Of a stretch of DNA of 63,288 nt, positions 21,601 through 31,233 are shown one piece after another. The stretch's first letter is position 1. Each line of letters starts with the position of its first letter. The stretch comes from Colwelliaceae bacterium (GTDB lineage: Bacteria; Pseudomonadota; Gammaproteobacteria; Enterobacterales; Alteromonadaceae). The stretch lies in contig JAGSHH010000001.1 of NCBI GenBank assembly GCA_023954655.1, positions 1-63,288 of the forward strand. The letters run 5' to 3'. The notes beneath the pieces are model-generated. The model saw only the letters and a program-made list of their open reading frames with translations, made no database searches and was not told where the DNA came from. Both the position numbers and the translations under genes were made by a program.

Positions 21601-22113
21601 ATTTCCTGACTGCCAACAATCAATCCAATCAGGACGAAAAACAAGATACTGTTCAAACAAGTCAGCTAGCTGACAAGCTAATTGATAACGTTTTAAATTC
21701 TCCTCCTTACTAAAACATTCTTTTGAATAACCTTTATATTTTCCTTCATTACTATCTTGCCAATATTGTGTAACAGGCCTAAAGACTTCATCGTCTCTAA
21801 CTCGTTTTTCAGCTAACAACTGATAAACTCGCCAACACATTGCCTCTCTTGAAAATGGTGCTTGTTCAACCTCTTTCCCATTATTTACAAGGGTTCTGAC
21901 TATTCCCCATAAAAACTGAGCAGGTAACGCATAATCAACATTTATACTAATACCTCTTTTATCGGCTAAAGACATATTTAGCCAATGCTGCATTCCTGCG
22001 TTTTGTACAACAAAGGTTTCTTTAGAGAATATTGGGAGTGGAGATATTTGCTGAACTTTCTCAACAAGTGCTAATAAATTTTCCATTTTATTAGCGGGAT
22101 AAAGGTAGATCAA
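18625..22113 (-). CDS. recC: Exodeoxyribonuclease V gamma subunit
   Basis: LADLFEQYLVFRPDW, NPLLANLGQQGREF, HSALREVQ, PMRSIPFK, DDRYLFLEA. Confidence 0.96.
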   Translation of the reverse strand: MIYLYPANKMENLLALVEKVQQISPLPIFSKETFVVQNAGMQHWLNMSLADKRGISINVDYALPAQFLWGIVRTLVNNGKEVEQAPFSREAMCWRVYQLLAEKRVRDDEVFRPVTQYWQDSNEGKYKGYSKECFSKEENLKRYQLACQLADLFEQYLVFRPDWIDCWQSGNYIQNSLNELESKNLQPNFNSMEEWQAKLWYLLVEHQDYNPIKLLDLAKHNLESYRHVIPKRLCFFGINAMAPMWLSFINALSEFTEVHFFHLNPCVDYWGDILSEKQAIKNSDKWTQKHQLMNDSVGNPLLANLGQQGREFLVLLQQYSMVNIEAFESAINYENNSQPTILSKLQDDILTLTDARTDSSTVNDDSIVITSAHSALREVQGLHDWLLHQFNDDNELTPKDVLVMCPQVEQYAPYVNAVFARGWQDLGNDIPPLPCSIADRISKDSEPLVAAFSELLTLPDSRFQVSQILAWLRLPSMQKKFDLQIEDIEKFTVWIEQACIHWGLNSSHKKQVLKTEDESEQFTWQYGLSRLLQGFAFSDQEVVYEDKFLLPNIEGSEAILLGKLMLVVEQLQYYSQQLNTARTPQSWYQFLQTLINDIFDVGSDENFKNVFAAIESFVEYCQHASFEQKIDLTILREYLNNHFSQPEPGRQFMVGQVTFCSMLPMRSIPFKIVAVLGLNDGEFPRQRAPLGFDLMSLSQSRIGDRSRRGDDRYLFLEAIISTRKSLYLSYQGRSIKNNNERQPSIVLKELMDYLSQAYQWKLLGDDTHDIRQLAMQPYSDKNYLGKYAGFDNKWLALSPAYQLQSLGGSEYLNLAEYEEASVNQDAYQQNNQETDYYNLSLQSNDLVKFFVHPSRYFAQKKLALYLDNVTDQLDDVEPFESDHLSRYIFKEKALNLLLNENVEAENSEQTRKNLVNALKQQAVLSGKFPQLPNQNEHIDKLIDDSIGLAEFIEQNILNSIEQVDVLTSLELEVDIKGITKRYDIEVTSSLQFATKHIISYRSSLPKMKDFIGLYINLLIVQVWLEKNHEPTLLNNSLHEKLSQLESSQGYYFDSKSQKTVQYAYQKIDDAQQKLIELIKVYLLGQEQALLLNGDLAQVYFKAKVFEQVNFENYWHDDNNRTAFGNDPYLKFFWPNCPDFESIQSTIEHVYSSIINECHQVKS

Positions 22114-22233
22114 CAGATAGCCTTGTTTGAGATTAATGCATTAATTTAATTTAATCATATCACCCTATAAATCACTAGTAGATTTATAAGGTATTATGAT
22201 TTTTTGACAATATCTGAAGTTGTAAAATGATAT

Positions 22234-22560
22234 TTATTTGATGAAATCAAGATGTGTTTGGTAGAAATCTCCAACAAGAGGAAGTGATCGTCTTTGACCA
22301 TTAATGGCATGAAATAAACCTAAACACCAGCCCAAAACAATACCAAAGGAGAGTACCCAGCCGATTAAAGGAATACAAGCTAAAATAGCACCGGTTAATA
22401 CTAAACCAAGTGATTGACGTAAATGAAAACGCGCAAAAGAAGATTTATGATCACCATAGAGAACTAAAGCGACTAACCAGCCAACAATTGTTAAATACGA
22501 TAAAACAGAAACCACTTTGACCATGTCATATTGTAAACGACTATCCGAGTGAGAATGCAT
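22234..22560 (-). CDS. Small membrane protein (DUF4870/Tic20-like)
   Basis: SYLTIVGW, FARFHLRQSLGL, IPLIGW, AINGQRRSLPLVG. Confidence 0.75.
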   Translation of the reverse strand: MHSHSDSRLQYDMVKVVSVLSYLTIVGWLVALVLYGDHKSSFARFHLRQSLGLVLTGAILACIPLIGWVLSFGIVLGWCLGLFHAINGQRRSLPLVGDFYQTHLDFIK

Positions 22561-22853
22561 ATGCTCAACCTGTAATAATAACGTTACCTATAAATTTAGA
22601 TCGATTTTAAGGCTTAAGCAAATGACAGAATGTTACTATTATGTAAAAGGTTTGTTTGAAATTTTATAAGCTATTTATTTTAAAGAAGATTAATTTTTAA
22701 ATATTTTTTTGTTATAAAAACAGTATTTTACTACACATTTACGAGTGTTTTTAATTTACAATTAATGATGAGTATTTACGCAAAGCTTGTCGGGTAACGT
22801 TTATAAAAAGATAGCTCAGTCAGTATATTCATAAGTTAAACAGATATTACTTA

Positions 22854-24932
22854 TCACTTGTTTTTTTGTTTCATTATTTGAATAACTAAATGGCAAAATT
22901 GTCGATACTCTTGTTTCACTATTTGGATCAATTCGACTTTTTCATCTTCAGTATTTTCTTTATATTGCAAATGACCAACACTCTCTACAAATCGCTGATA
23001 ACATTGCCCAAGATTCGTATCGTGTAATAACACTTGCTCCAAAAATTGCTTTTGTAACTGCTCGTTTTTTTTAATTAGCCCCATTTCTCTCAGTTTATTA
23101 TGTACATCTAGATAATATCTTATCCATACTTGTGTTTTATTTAAGGGTTTAGACCATAAATGTAGCAACCAAAGTATCATCCAAGTCATAATAATTGTTA
23201 TTGAAATAATGATTGCCGACTTAAGGTTAAAGTCATCACCAAACCAAGATTTTAATAAGTTTTTTTGTTTTTCTTGAGAGAAATTAATAACGAGCTTTGT
23301 CCATTGATAATCTAATGCCTCAAACTGCAGTTTAAATTTATTCAACCAAACTGCACTTAGGTAACTATCAAAATAAAAACCAGAAGAAAGAGATTCTTGC
23401 TCAAACAACAGTTGGTCAGAGAAACCTTGTTCGACACGGCTAGGATCAACAGCGGCGGTAGGGTCTATTCTTACCCAACCCACACCCGACAACCAAACTT
23501 CACTCCACGCATGCGCATCCCTTTGATAAATACTGTAGTAATCGCCTTGAGAGTTATAATCCCCTCCTAAATAACCTAAAACCATACGAGCAGGAATACC
23601 TACAGCACGCATCAGAAAAGTAAAACTGCTGGCATAATGTTCACAAAATCCTGCTTGAGTATCAAAATAAAATTCATCTAGGCTATTATTACTTAATGTC
23701 GGCGGGCTTAATGTATATCGGTAATTCTGTTGTCTAAAGTTTAATAAAACCTGCTGAATTAGCTCATGGTTATCTTGATACTCACGACGTAAATTATTTG
23801 CCAACACCACAAGTCTAGGGTTTGATCTTTCAACTGTAGCTATATTTAAGTGTTTATCTTCATCTGTGAGATCTATATCTGTTGCGCTATCAATATAACT
23901 AGTGACTTTATACGATAGCGGTTGTGCTATTTTATCTCGACTAAATAATGTTTGATCATTAAGTTGGTAGACAATCTTATTTTGTTTAACATGTTCAAGC
24001 TTGGGCACATCTAAAGAAAAAAGCCAACGTTGGTAACTGGGTTCGGCTATCACTTCATAACTTAATGGCTGTTTATTAAAGTCCAAATTTTTATTCAATT
24101 GCTCTTTTTTTAAAATATCTTCTTTTGTTTTTTTTGTTCTTCGCCAAGTTTTACCGTCAAAATCCTCTAAAACTAGAGCCCGCCAGTACATTTGACTATA
24201 ATTTGGACGCTCATTTGAAAACTCGACTCTAAAAGCCAATTCATTAGATAAAGCTAAATTTGAAATATCTCCTACAGAAACATTATCACTTAACCCTGTT
24301 GTTGCCGATTTAGCCATAGGGACATGCCAAAATGGTGAGATTTTTGGAAAAAAAACAAATAAAACAATCGCCAAAGGAAAGCTTTGTAATAATAATTTAA
24401 AAGATGTTCTCAATTGTATGAATAAGTTTTTATTATAAGAAAAGTAACATAACCACCAAGCAATATTTAGTGTCACCAATATAATAATAAAGACTGAAAA
24501 ATAGATAGATTGATTAAAAATAAATGAACTGGCTAATATAAATAACCCGAGAACTATTAATTGATAAAGGTCACTAGTTTTATGCAATTCAAATGGTTTT
24601 AACAGGTATGATAAACACAATAAGTGGATCATCCCTATTAAAACCCCCATATCATTAGTCGAAACTCCCAAAAGAATACAACCCGTTATCGCTATAAAAA
24701 ACTTAATAATACGAGAAGGCTTTGCAATATATTGTTGATGGATAGATATATGCCAGAGCAAACATACTAATGAAAGTGCAATAAACCAAAATGAAAGTTC
24801 AGTTACTAAAGTTAAAATATTTAATGCTTGAATGGCCACTAAGGAGAGTTTTAGTGAGTACGGCATACTTAAGTACGTAAGTTTGTTTTTTGATGAGTTC
24901 TTAGAAAAAAACTTATTAATCGTTAAAGTCAT
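22854..24932 (-). CDS. Membrane-anchored transglutaminase (TgpA/DUF3488 family)
   Basis: Multi-TM N-terminus; TGLSD, YWR, catalytic GFCEHYA, HAWSEVW, IDPT. Confidence 0.9.
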   Translation of the reverse strand: MTLTINKFFSKNSSKNKLTYLSMPYSLKLSLVAIQALNILTLVTELSFWFIALSLVCLLWHISIHQQYIAKPSRIIKFFIAITGCILLGVSTNDMGVLIGMIHLLCLSYLLKPFELHKTSDLYQLIVLGLFILASSFIFNQSIYFSVFIIILVTLNIAWWLCYFSYNKNLFIQLRTSFKLLLQSFPLAIVLFVFFPKISPFWHVPMAKSATTGLSDNVSVGDISNLALSNELAFRVEFSNERPNYSQMYWRALVLEDFDGKTWRRTKKTKEDILKKEQLNKNLDFNKQPLSYEVIAEPSYQRWLFSLDVPKLEHVKQNKIVYQLNDQTLFSRDKIAQPLSYKVTSYIDSATDIDLTDEDKHLNIATVERSNPRLVVLANNLRREYQDNHELIQQVLLNFRQQNYRYTLSPPTLSNNSLDEFYFDTQAGFCEHYASSFTFLMRAVGIPARMVLGYLGGDYNSQGDYYSIYQRDAHAWSEVWLSGVGWVRIDPTAAVDPSRVEQGFSDQLLFEQESLSSGFYFDSYLSAVWLNKFKLQFEALDYQWTKLVINFSQEKQKNLLKSWFGDDFNLKSAIIISITIIMTWMILWLLHLWSKPLNKTQVWIRYYLDVHNKLREMGLIKKNEQLQKQFLEQVLLHDTNLGQCYQRFVESVGHLQYKENTEDEKVELIQIVKQEYRQFCHLVIQIMKQKNK

Positions 24933-24942
24933 TATTTAAGTT

Positions 24943-25956
24943 TCACCTATGCTCATTATTCGTTATAGGTGAATTAAAAGTAGCTAATGCTACTAAACAT
25001 TGTTTTAAGTGCCCTTCACCTAAATTTGGTGTAGTTAGCTCATCTGTGTCTTGATCATTTAATTGTAAACCAAATTCAATGCCTGTTTGATGTAATTGCA
25101 ACACCAAGTAACATAGCTTTCTAAGCTTGGCTTCTATAGAAAGACCTTCAATTTCGGATAATGTCAAAATTACCGAATGATTATGGGTTTGAGAATATTG
25201 CTTAGTCATCCAATGATTACCTTTTGCAACTTGTTTCCAAGCAACTTGGCTAAACGGCTCTCCTTTTTGATACTGTTTCAATTCATAGAAATCTTCCCCT
25301 TTTTGCATAACTCCTGCAACGCTTTCTTGGTCATTTTCTCTTTGGTCAGTAATTGTTGTTGAATTGTACGTTTCACAAATTAAAGGTTTTGGATAAACAA
25401 TCACTTCAACGTCAAACTGTAGTTTTGTCCAACAGTGAAAAAATGCAAATGGATATTCACTCGAAAGAATTAAACGCTTAAGTTTATGACTTCCTCTATG
25501 GTTAAAAGTTACCGGTAAAGTTATGGGTTGATCACTGTCAATAAAAGATACATTTATAGATTCATGATCATAAAAGTTCATTGATAAGGTCTGTTTTAAA
25601 TGTTTGGCAGAAACATCAATTGGAATATTAATAACGTCTTCAGCAAAGCCTTGATATGTTCCTTTTGCCGAAACCGATAAACCCGCCAAATTCATAAAAC
25701 AATAAATCATCGCAGTGATAAACAAACTGCCAAATAAATAACTAGTAAGAATGATTAAGTTATTTTGATAATTAGTGCCTAAAATAAAAAGTAATAAAAT
25801 AAAAAACAAATAGGCAAAACCAAAATAACTTGGAAATATAAAAATATTTTTTTGAGTTAAGGTTTGTCTTTGTTGGCTCGGCATTCTTTTATTTAACCAA
25901 TGATTAAATCGTCGATTAATCACAGTATTTATCTGTTCTTTTATAGAAGTGAACAT
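24943..25956 (-). CDS. DUF58 domain protein
   Basis: GTNYQNNL, YPFAFF, VYPKP, GEDFYELKQYQKGE..VAWK. Confidence 0.88.
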   Translation of the reverse strand: MFTSIKEQINTVINRRFNHWLNKRMPSQQRQTLTQKNIFIFPSYFGFAYLFFILLLFILGTNYQNNLIILTSYLFGSLFITAMIYCFMNLAGLSVSAKGTYQGFAEDVINIPIDVSAKHLKQTLSMNFYDHESINVSFIDSDQPITLPVTFNHRGSHKLKRLILSSEYPFAFFHCWTKLQFDVEVIVYPKPLICETYNSTTITDQRENDQESVAGVMQKGEDFYELKQYQKGEPFSQVAWKQVAKGNHWMTKQYSQTHNHSVILTLSEIEGLSIEAKLRKLCYLVLQLHQTGIEFGLQLNDQDTDELTTPNLGEGHLKQCLVALATFNSPITNNEHR

Positions 25957-25977
25957 AGATAAAATATCCGGTAATGT

Positions 25978-26907
25978 TTAATTTTTTGAATCAAAAGGTT
26001 GAATGTAATCAACCATCTTGAGTAATTGATTTGAAAACAATTCATTCATATGAGATTGCTTGCCAACCATTCTGTGTTCACAAACAGAGCTAAACACGGC
26101 TTTAACATCATCAGGTACGACATGCGCTCTATTTTCCATAAAGGCCCAGGCTTTCGCGGCAGCAATTAATGACTTACCCGCCCGAGGCGAAAGAGGATTA
26201 ACAGATATTTCTCCAGTTCGGGTGTGTTGAAATAATGCAATAACATAATCAAGAATAGACTCGGAAACATGTGTTTCACTTACTTGCTTTTGAATTTTCT
26301 GTAGTTGTTCAAGTGTGATACATGCATCAACATCCGTTAAATCAACTGACTTATTTGTCATAGATAATATTTTCCTTTCCGCATCTCGATCAGGAAAACC
26401 TAATGAAATTCTCATCATAAAACGATCTAATTGTGATTCAGGTAAAGGATAGGTACCAGCGTGAAAGATAGGGTTTTGAGTTGCAATAACAAAAAAAGGC
26501 CTTGGTAAATTATGCGTACTTCCATCGATACTGACACTATTTTCTTCCATTGCTTCCAATAGAGCACTTTGTGTTTTAGGGCTTGCTCGATTAATTTCAT
26601 CCGCCAAAACAACTTGATTAAAAATGGGTCCTTTGTGAAGGGTAAAGTTTTGGTTAGTTGAATCGAAAATTGAAACACCAATAACATCAGCTGGTAATAA
26701 ATCACTCGTAAATTGAACCCGTTGATAACTAAGTCCTAATGAAGATGCTAAAACATGCGCTAAAGTTGTTTTACCCATACCCGGCAAATCTTCTATCAAC
26801 AAGTGACCCCTAGCTAATAGACAAGCAAGTGCTAATCTAACTTGTTCTGGCTTTCCTATAACAAACTTTTCAATTTGACATAAAGCTTTTGTTATCAATG
26901 ATTGCAT
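25978..26907 (-). CDS. MoxR family AAA+ ATPase
   Basis: LIEDLPGMGKT, RVQFTSDLLPAD, DEINRASPKTQSALLEAMEE, LPESQLDRF. Confidence 0.94.
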   Translation of the reverse strand: MQSLITKALCQIEKFVIGKPEQVRLALACLLARGHLLIEDLPGMGKTTLAHVLASSLGLSYQRVQFTSDLLPADVIGVSIFDSTNQNFTLHKGPIFNQVVLADEINRASPKTQSALLEAMEENSVSIDGSTHNLPRPFFVIATQNPIFHAGTYPLPESQLDRFMMRISLGFPDRDAERKILSMTNKSVDLTDVDACITLEQLQKIQKQVSETHVSESILDYVIALFQHTRTGEISVNPLSPRAGKSLIAAAKAWAFMENRAHVVPDDVKAVFSSVCEHRMVGKQSHMNELFSNQLLKMVDYIQPFDSKN

Positions 26908-26951
26908 TAATTCTCCGTAATTATTTCAATAATTAATTAATAAAAATTTTA

Positions 26952-26993
26952 TTGACCTTAATCAAAAATCAACATCTTTGAGTATGACATGCT
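26952..26993 (+). promoter_or_regulatory. FNR box plus extended -10 (class II geometry) of the GCS2 operon
   Basis: TTGACcttaATCAA at 26952-26965; TGnCATGCT at 26985-26993 places the box centre at -41.5. Confidence 0.6.
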
Positions 26994-27023
26994 GTCGTCA
27001 AGTTAACAAAAAGGACGGTAGCT

Positions 27024-28484
27024 ATGGGGCAAAATATTGAACAATCAATTTTTACTGGACATGACTATAATCTTTTTCAAAACAAGCTTTTCGAACAATT
27101 AGAACAATTAAAAGAAAATATTTCTTCCCCTAAATTCGGCACTGAAGAATTAAAAATGGGGGCCGAATTAGAATTATATTTAGTCGATGAACACGGTGAA
27201 GCACAACTCAATAATCAACTTATTCTGAATAAAATAAACGACAAACAATTCCAACCTGAATTAAATCAATATAATTTAGAACTCAACCTGTTACCCGTTA
27301 TTCAGCGAGGTAAACCATTTAGTCAATTGCACAATGAAATGAGTCACAAAATCGCCAAACTCGAAAAAATTGCAAACGAGTGCGATACCAATATAACACC
27401 CATAGGTATTCTTCCAACACTAAGAAAAAAACACTTAAATACCCAATGTATGACAAATATTCCTAGATATACTTGTTTAGCTGAACATTTATATAAAGAA
27501 CGAGGTGAAAACTTTAAAATAAATATTAATGGTAAAGACCCCTTGCTTGTCGATTTTTCTGATATTTGCGCTGAAGGAGCAAATACTTCATTTCAAGTAC
27601 ATTTAATGACAAAGCCTGAGCAATTAGTTAATACTTTTAATGCCGCTCAATTAACTTTGTCACTAGTCACCGCAATTTCTGCCAATTCCCCCATATTTTT
27701 AGGAAAGACCTTGTGGCATGAAACAAGAATTGCCTTATTTAAACAATCTTTAGATATTCGCCACAGGAAACAATTTCAATGGCAACAACCTACTCGTGTT
27801 AATTTTGGACATGGCTGGCTGAGAAATAACATTTGGGAGTTTTTTGCGCAGACAGTAGCTTTGTACCCTCCACTCATCCCTTATGTTAATAAAAACAAGC
27901 ATAAAAACAATTTAGCATTAGAAGAATTATGTTTTCATTTAGGCACAATCTGGCCGTGGAACCGCCCGGTATACAGCCCTGATAACAATGGTCATATCAG
28001 AATAGAATTTAGAGCAATACCTGCAGGTCCTACTTCTGTTGATATGATTGCCAATGCAGCATTCGCGATTGGTTTAGCTACCGGATTACAAAATGATATT
28101 GAAGAATTAATTACTTATATCCCTTTTAAATATGCTGAATATAACTTTTACCGAGCTGCACAATCAGGCCTAGATGCAAAAATTTTGTGGCCAAGTAAAA
28201 ATAAAGTACAACCCCAAGAAATTGACATAAAACAAGTAATTGCAAAATTATTGCCTACAGCATTGAAAGGATTGATTTCTCTCAATATAAATGAAAAAGA
28301 AGCACAGTATTATCTCAGCATAATAGAAGAACGTTTAGCTAAACAGTTTACTGGCGCTGTATGGCAAAAGAATACTTTAGAACGTTTACAAAGAAAAATG
28401 ACCAACGATAAAGCGTGCCAGCAGCTTGTTCAACACTATATAAAAAATAGTAGAAGCTGTCAGCCAGTAGCTACATGGGAATGA
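27024..28484 (+). CDS. Glutamate--cysteine ligase family 2 (GCS2-like) carboxylate-amine ligase
   Basis: GAELELYLVD, PELNQYNLE, GILPTL, TSFQVH, ANSP, ETRIALF, WPWNRPVY, HIRIEFRAIPAGPT. Confidence 0.85.
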   Translation: MGQNIEQSIFTGHDYNLFQNKLFEQLEQLKENISSPKFGTEELKMGAELELYLVDEHGEAQLNNQLILNKINDKQFQPELNQYNLELNLLPVIQRGKPFSQLHNEMSHKIAKLEKIANECDTNITPIGILPTLRKKHLNTQCMTNIPRYTCLAEHLYKERGENFKININGKDPLLVDFSDICAEGANTSFQVHLMTKPEQLVNTFNAAQLTLSLVTAISANSPIFLGKTLWHETRIALFKQSLDIRHRKQFQWQQPTRVNFGHGWLRNNIWEFFAQTVALYPPLIPYVNKNKHKNNLALEELCFHLGTIWPWNRPVYSPDNNGHIRIEFRAIPAGPTSVDMIANAAFAIGLATGLQNDIEELITYIPFKYAEYNFYRAAQSGLDAKILWPSKNKVQPQEIDIKQVIAKLLPTALKGLISLNINEKEAQYYLSIIEERLAKQFTGAVWQKNTLERLQRKMTNDKACQQLVQHYIKNSRSCQPVATWE

Positions 28485-29533
28485 ATATGAACATAGACTT
28501 TAGTGACATCGAATATTTAGAAAATCCTGACGAAATAACCTTAAAAGCCGATTTTCAACAATTTTTGCTTTCATTAGATGTGCCAACCATTATTGATATT
28601 ACAGGTAAAGATCCTAAAAGATGTAGAGTCATTGTTACTTTGTTACACGGTAACGAACCCTCAGGTTTAATCGCTATTCATCGTTGGTTAACATCTAATG
28701 GTGAGTTACCTTCCCCTGAAACAAATTTACGATTTATCATATGCTCTGTCGAAGCAGCTAATGCTACACCACTTTTAAGTCATAGGTTTTTAGAAAAAGG
28801 TCTAGACATAAATCGTTGTTTTGGTAATAGCCAAAACCATGGTTATTACAAGCGCGCTAAAGCTATCGAAAATGCTATAAATGAAGTAAGCCCTGAAGTT
28901 GTCGTTGACTTACATAACACTTCTGGTTCAGGCCCTGCGTTTGCTGTATCTCCATTGTTATCAACAAGAGGCTTATCGCTTACATCATTTTTCTGTGATG
29001 CAATAATACTATCTGGTTTGGAATTAGGGGCATTAATGGAACAAGACTTTAATTGTCCTACAATCACCATTGAATGCGGCGGAGCAAATGACGAACAAGC
29101 CCATGAAGTTGCATTCGAGGGAATACATCAATTGGCAAGTTGCCCATCAATAGATAATTTTCATCAAGAAAAATCGGTTGAAATAGTTTACAAACCACTA
29201 CGACTAGAACTTAAGCCTCATAAAAGCCTTTCTTACAGTAATCATAATGAAGGAAACAATGGTGTAACATTATTGTCAAAAATCGAACAATTCAATTTTG
29301 GTGGAGCCCATAAAGGACAAATGCTTGGCTGGTTAGATGAACACGGCCTAGATAACTTACAATTGATTAATGAAAATCAAGAAAATGTCATTTCTGATTA
29401 TTTTACAGTAAGAGATAACCAATTGGTTTGTGCTACAAACCTTCGAATTTTTATGGCCACACCGAGTTTTGAAATAGCTCAAAATGATTGTTTATTTTAC
29501 ATTGTAAATTTAACTGGCTCGTCAAGTATTTAA
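28481..29533 (+). CDS. Succinylglutamate desuccinylase/aspartoacylase (M14) family zinc amidohydrolase
   Basis: HGNE, DINRCF, DLHNT, TIECG; ATG 28481 overlaps the upstream TGA (ATGA). Confidence 0.85.
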   Translation: MNMNIDFSDIEYLENPDEITLKADFQQFLLSLDVPTIIDITGKDPKRCRVIVTLLHGNEPSGLIAIHRWLTSNGELPSPETNLRFIICSVEAANATPLLSHRFLEKGLDINRCFGNSQNHGYYKRAKAIENAINEVSPEVVVDLHNTSGSGPAFAVSPLLSTRGLSLTSFFCDAIILSGLELGALMEQDFNCPTITIECGGANDEQAHEVAFEGIHQLASCPSIDNFHQEKSVEIVYKPLRLELKPHKSLSYSNHNEGNNGVTLLSKIEQFNFGGAHKGQMLGWLDEHGLDNLQLINENQENVISDYFTVRDNQLVCATNLRIFMATPSFEIAQNDCLFYIVNLTGSSSI

Positions 29534-29623
29534 AAGCGAATAAGATTAAACAAATCAATAAAGATTTTGACTTAGTCTAGAAAATGTTAACATCTAAATT
29601 GATTTTTATTATTTTAGTGAAAA

Positions 29624-30292
29624 ATGGATTTAGATTTTCTCTCAGCTTTTATCATTGGTTTTTTAGGCGGTGGACACTGTATTTCTATGTGTGGTGGCAT
29701 AACCACAATGCTAACTTCAGCTTTACCTGATCAGCAACAATCAAAACTTCCTTATTTATTAAGTTATAATATTGGTCGTATATTTTCATACTCTCTTATT
29801 GGAGCAATAGCTGGTTTTACTGGTTCAATAGCCGTTAAAAGTATTGGCTTTCCAATTGTTGCCTTAAAAATGTTTGCTGGCATTTTTCTTATATTACTTG
29901 GGTTATACATCGGGCAATGGTTAATGTGGTTAACTAAAGTTGAATTTATTGGCAAGCGTCTATGGAAAATTCTATCCCCGATTAGTAAAAAGCTTATCCC
30001 TATTGATACCGTTAAAAAATCTTTATTACTTGGCATGTTATGGGGATGGTTGCCCTGTGGCTTAGTCTATTCAACATTAACGTGGTCTTTGGCAAGTGGT
30101 AATGCAGTAAATGGAGCTCTAATTATGACATTTTTTGGTCTAGGAACTCTTCCAGCATTATTAACAATTTCATTTGGGATTATTAACATAAAACTAATTT
30201 TACAGAACATATTATTCAGAAAATTAATGGCCTTATTATTGATATTTTATGGATTAATTACTTTAAAATTTGCAACCGAGCTCATGTTTTAA
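29624..30292 (+). CDS. DsbD_2/TauE-SafE-like membrane protein (usually cco-fnr associated)
   Basis: [37 protein letters not shown]. Confidence 0.88.
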   Translation: MDLDFLSAFIIGFLGGGHCISMCGGITTMLTSALPDQQQSKLPYLLSYNIGRIFSYSLIGAIAGFTGSIAVKSIGFPIVALKMFAGIFLILLGLYIGQWLMWLTKVEFIGKRLWKILSPISKKLIPIDTVKKSLLLGMLWGWLPCGLVYSTLTWSLASGNAVNGALIMTFFGLGTLPALLTISFGIINIKLILQNILFRKLMALLLIFYGLITLKFATELMF

Positions 30293-30341
30293 TAATATTG
30301 AACTTGTCGATTATCATTCCCATATAGAAATTAAGGGCAAC

Positions 30342-31061
30342 ATGTACAAAAATCAGTGTTCAGCACAACAGCATATTCATTGTCAAAACTGTAGTATCAG
30401 TGAGTTATGCTTACCTTTTTCTCTTAATGACAAAGAACTAGAAACACTTGATCAAATTATTGATCGCAAACGCCCTATTCATAAAGGTGAGCAAATTTTT
30501 CAAGATGGTGAAAAAATGCAATCACTTTATGCTATTCGATCTGGCACTTTTAAAACATTTACAGTTAATGAAAGTGGTGAAGAGCAAATCACAGGTTTTC
30601 ATTTAGCAGGAGATTTATTAGGCTTCGATGCTATTGCTGAATCTGAACATCCAAGTTTTGCTAAAGCTTTAGAAACATCAATGGTATGTGAAATTCCTTA
30701 TAATACTTTAGATGCATTATCGAATAATATGCCAAAGTTAAAAAAACAAATTTTACGTATGATGAGTTCTGAAATTAAAACAGATCAAGAAATGTTAACC
30801 TTACTTAATCGCAAAAATGCTGAACAACGTTTAGCAACTTTTCTTAGTGCCCTCAGCACTCGCTATCATGCCAGAGGTTTATCAGCTACTGAATTTAGAT
30901 TAACAATGACACGTAGTGATATTGGTAATTACATTGGACTAACTGTTGAAACGATTAGTCGTTTACTAAATCGTTTTCATAAGAATGGTCTCATTCAAGT
31001 AGACGGTAAGTTAATCACTATTTTAGATAGTGACAAATTAGAAGATTGTGCTGCTTTATAG
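30342..31061 (+). CDS. fnr: Anaerobic regulator FNR/EtrA (start moved to ATG 30342)
   Basis: [10 protein letters not shown] Fe-S ligands, [24 protein letters not shown]. Confidence 0.96.
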   Translation: MYKNQCSAQQHIHCQNCSISELCLPFSLNDKELETLDQIIDRKRPIHKGEQIFQDGEKMQSLYAIRSGTFKTFTVNESGEEQITGFHLAGDLLGFDAIAESEHPSFAKALETSMVCEIPYNTLDALSNNMPKLKKQILRMMSSEIKTDQEMLTLLNRKNAEQRLATFLSALSTRYHARGLSATEFRLTMTRSDIGNYIGLTVETISRLLNRFHKNGLIQVDGKLITILDSDKLEDCAAL

Positions 31062-31143
31062 CAGCCTTTTTCATTCCCCCTATTTAAACTATTTCCCTAA
31101 CATTATTTTCCCTTCCGTGTTAATTCAATTTAAAGCTTGATTT

Positions 31144-31157
31144 TTGATTTAAAACAA
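31144..31157. promoter_or_regulatory. FNR-type box upstream of uspE
   Basis: TTGATttaaAACAA (1 mismatch). Confidence 0.55.
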
Positions 31158-31233
31158 GCTTTAACTGTGTGTTTTATAAGAATATAACTATACTAAAAAT
31201 AATCACTATGTATTGACAAAATTGGAGTCGATA

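Noticed and set aside
13101-22113. recCBD as a novel helicase/nuclease defence system
   Set aside because: Canonical RecBCD motifs and order; absence of ptrA between recC and recB is ordinary outside enterobacteria
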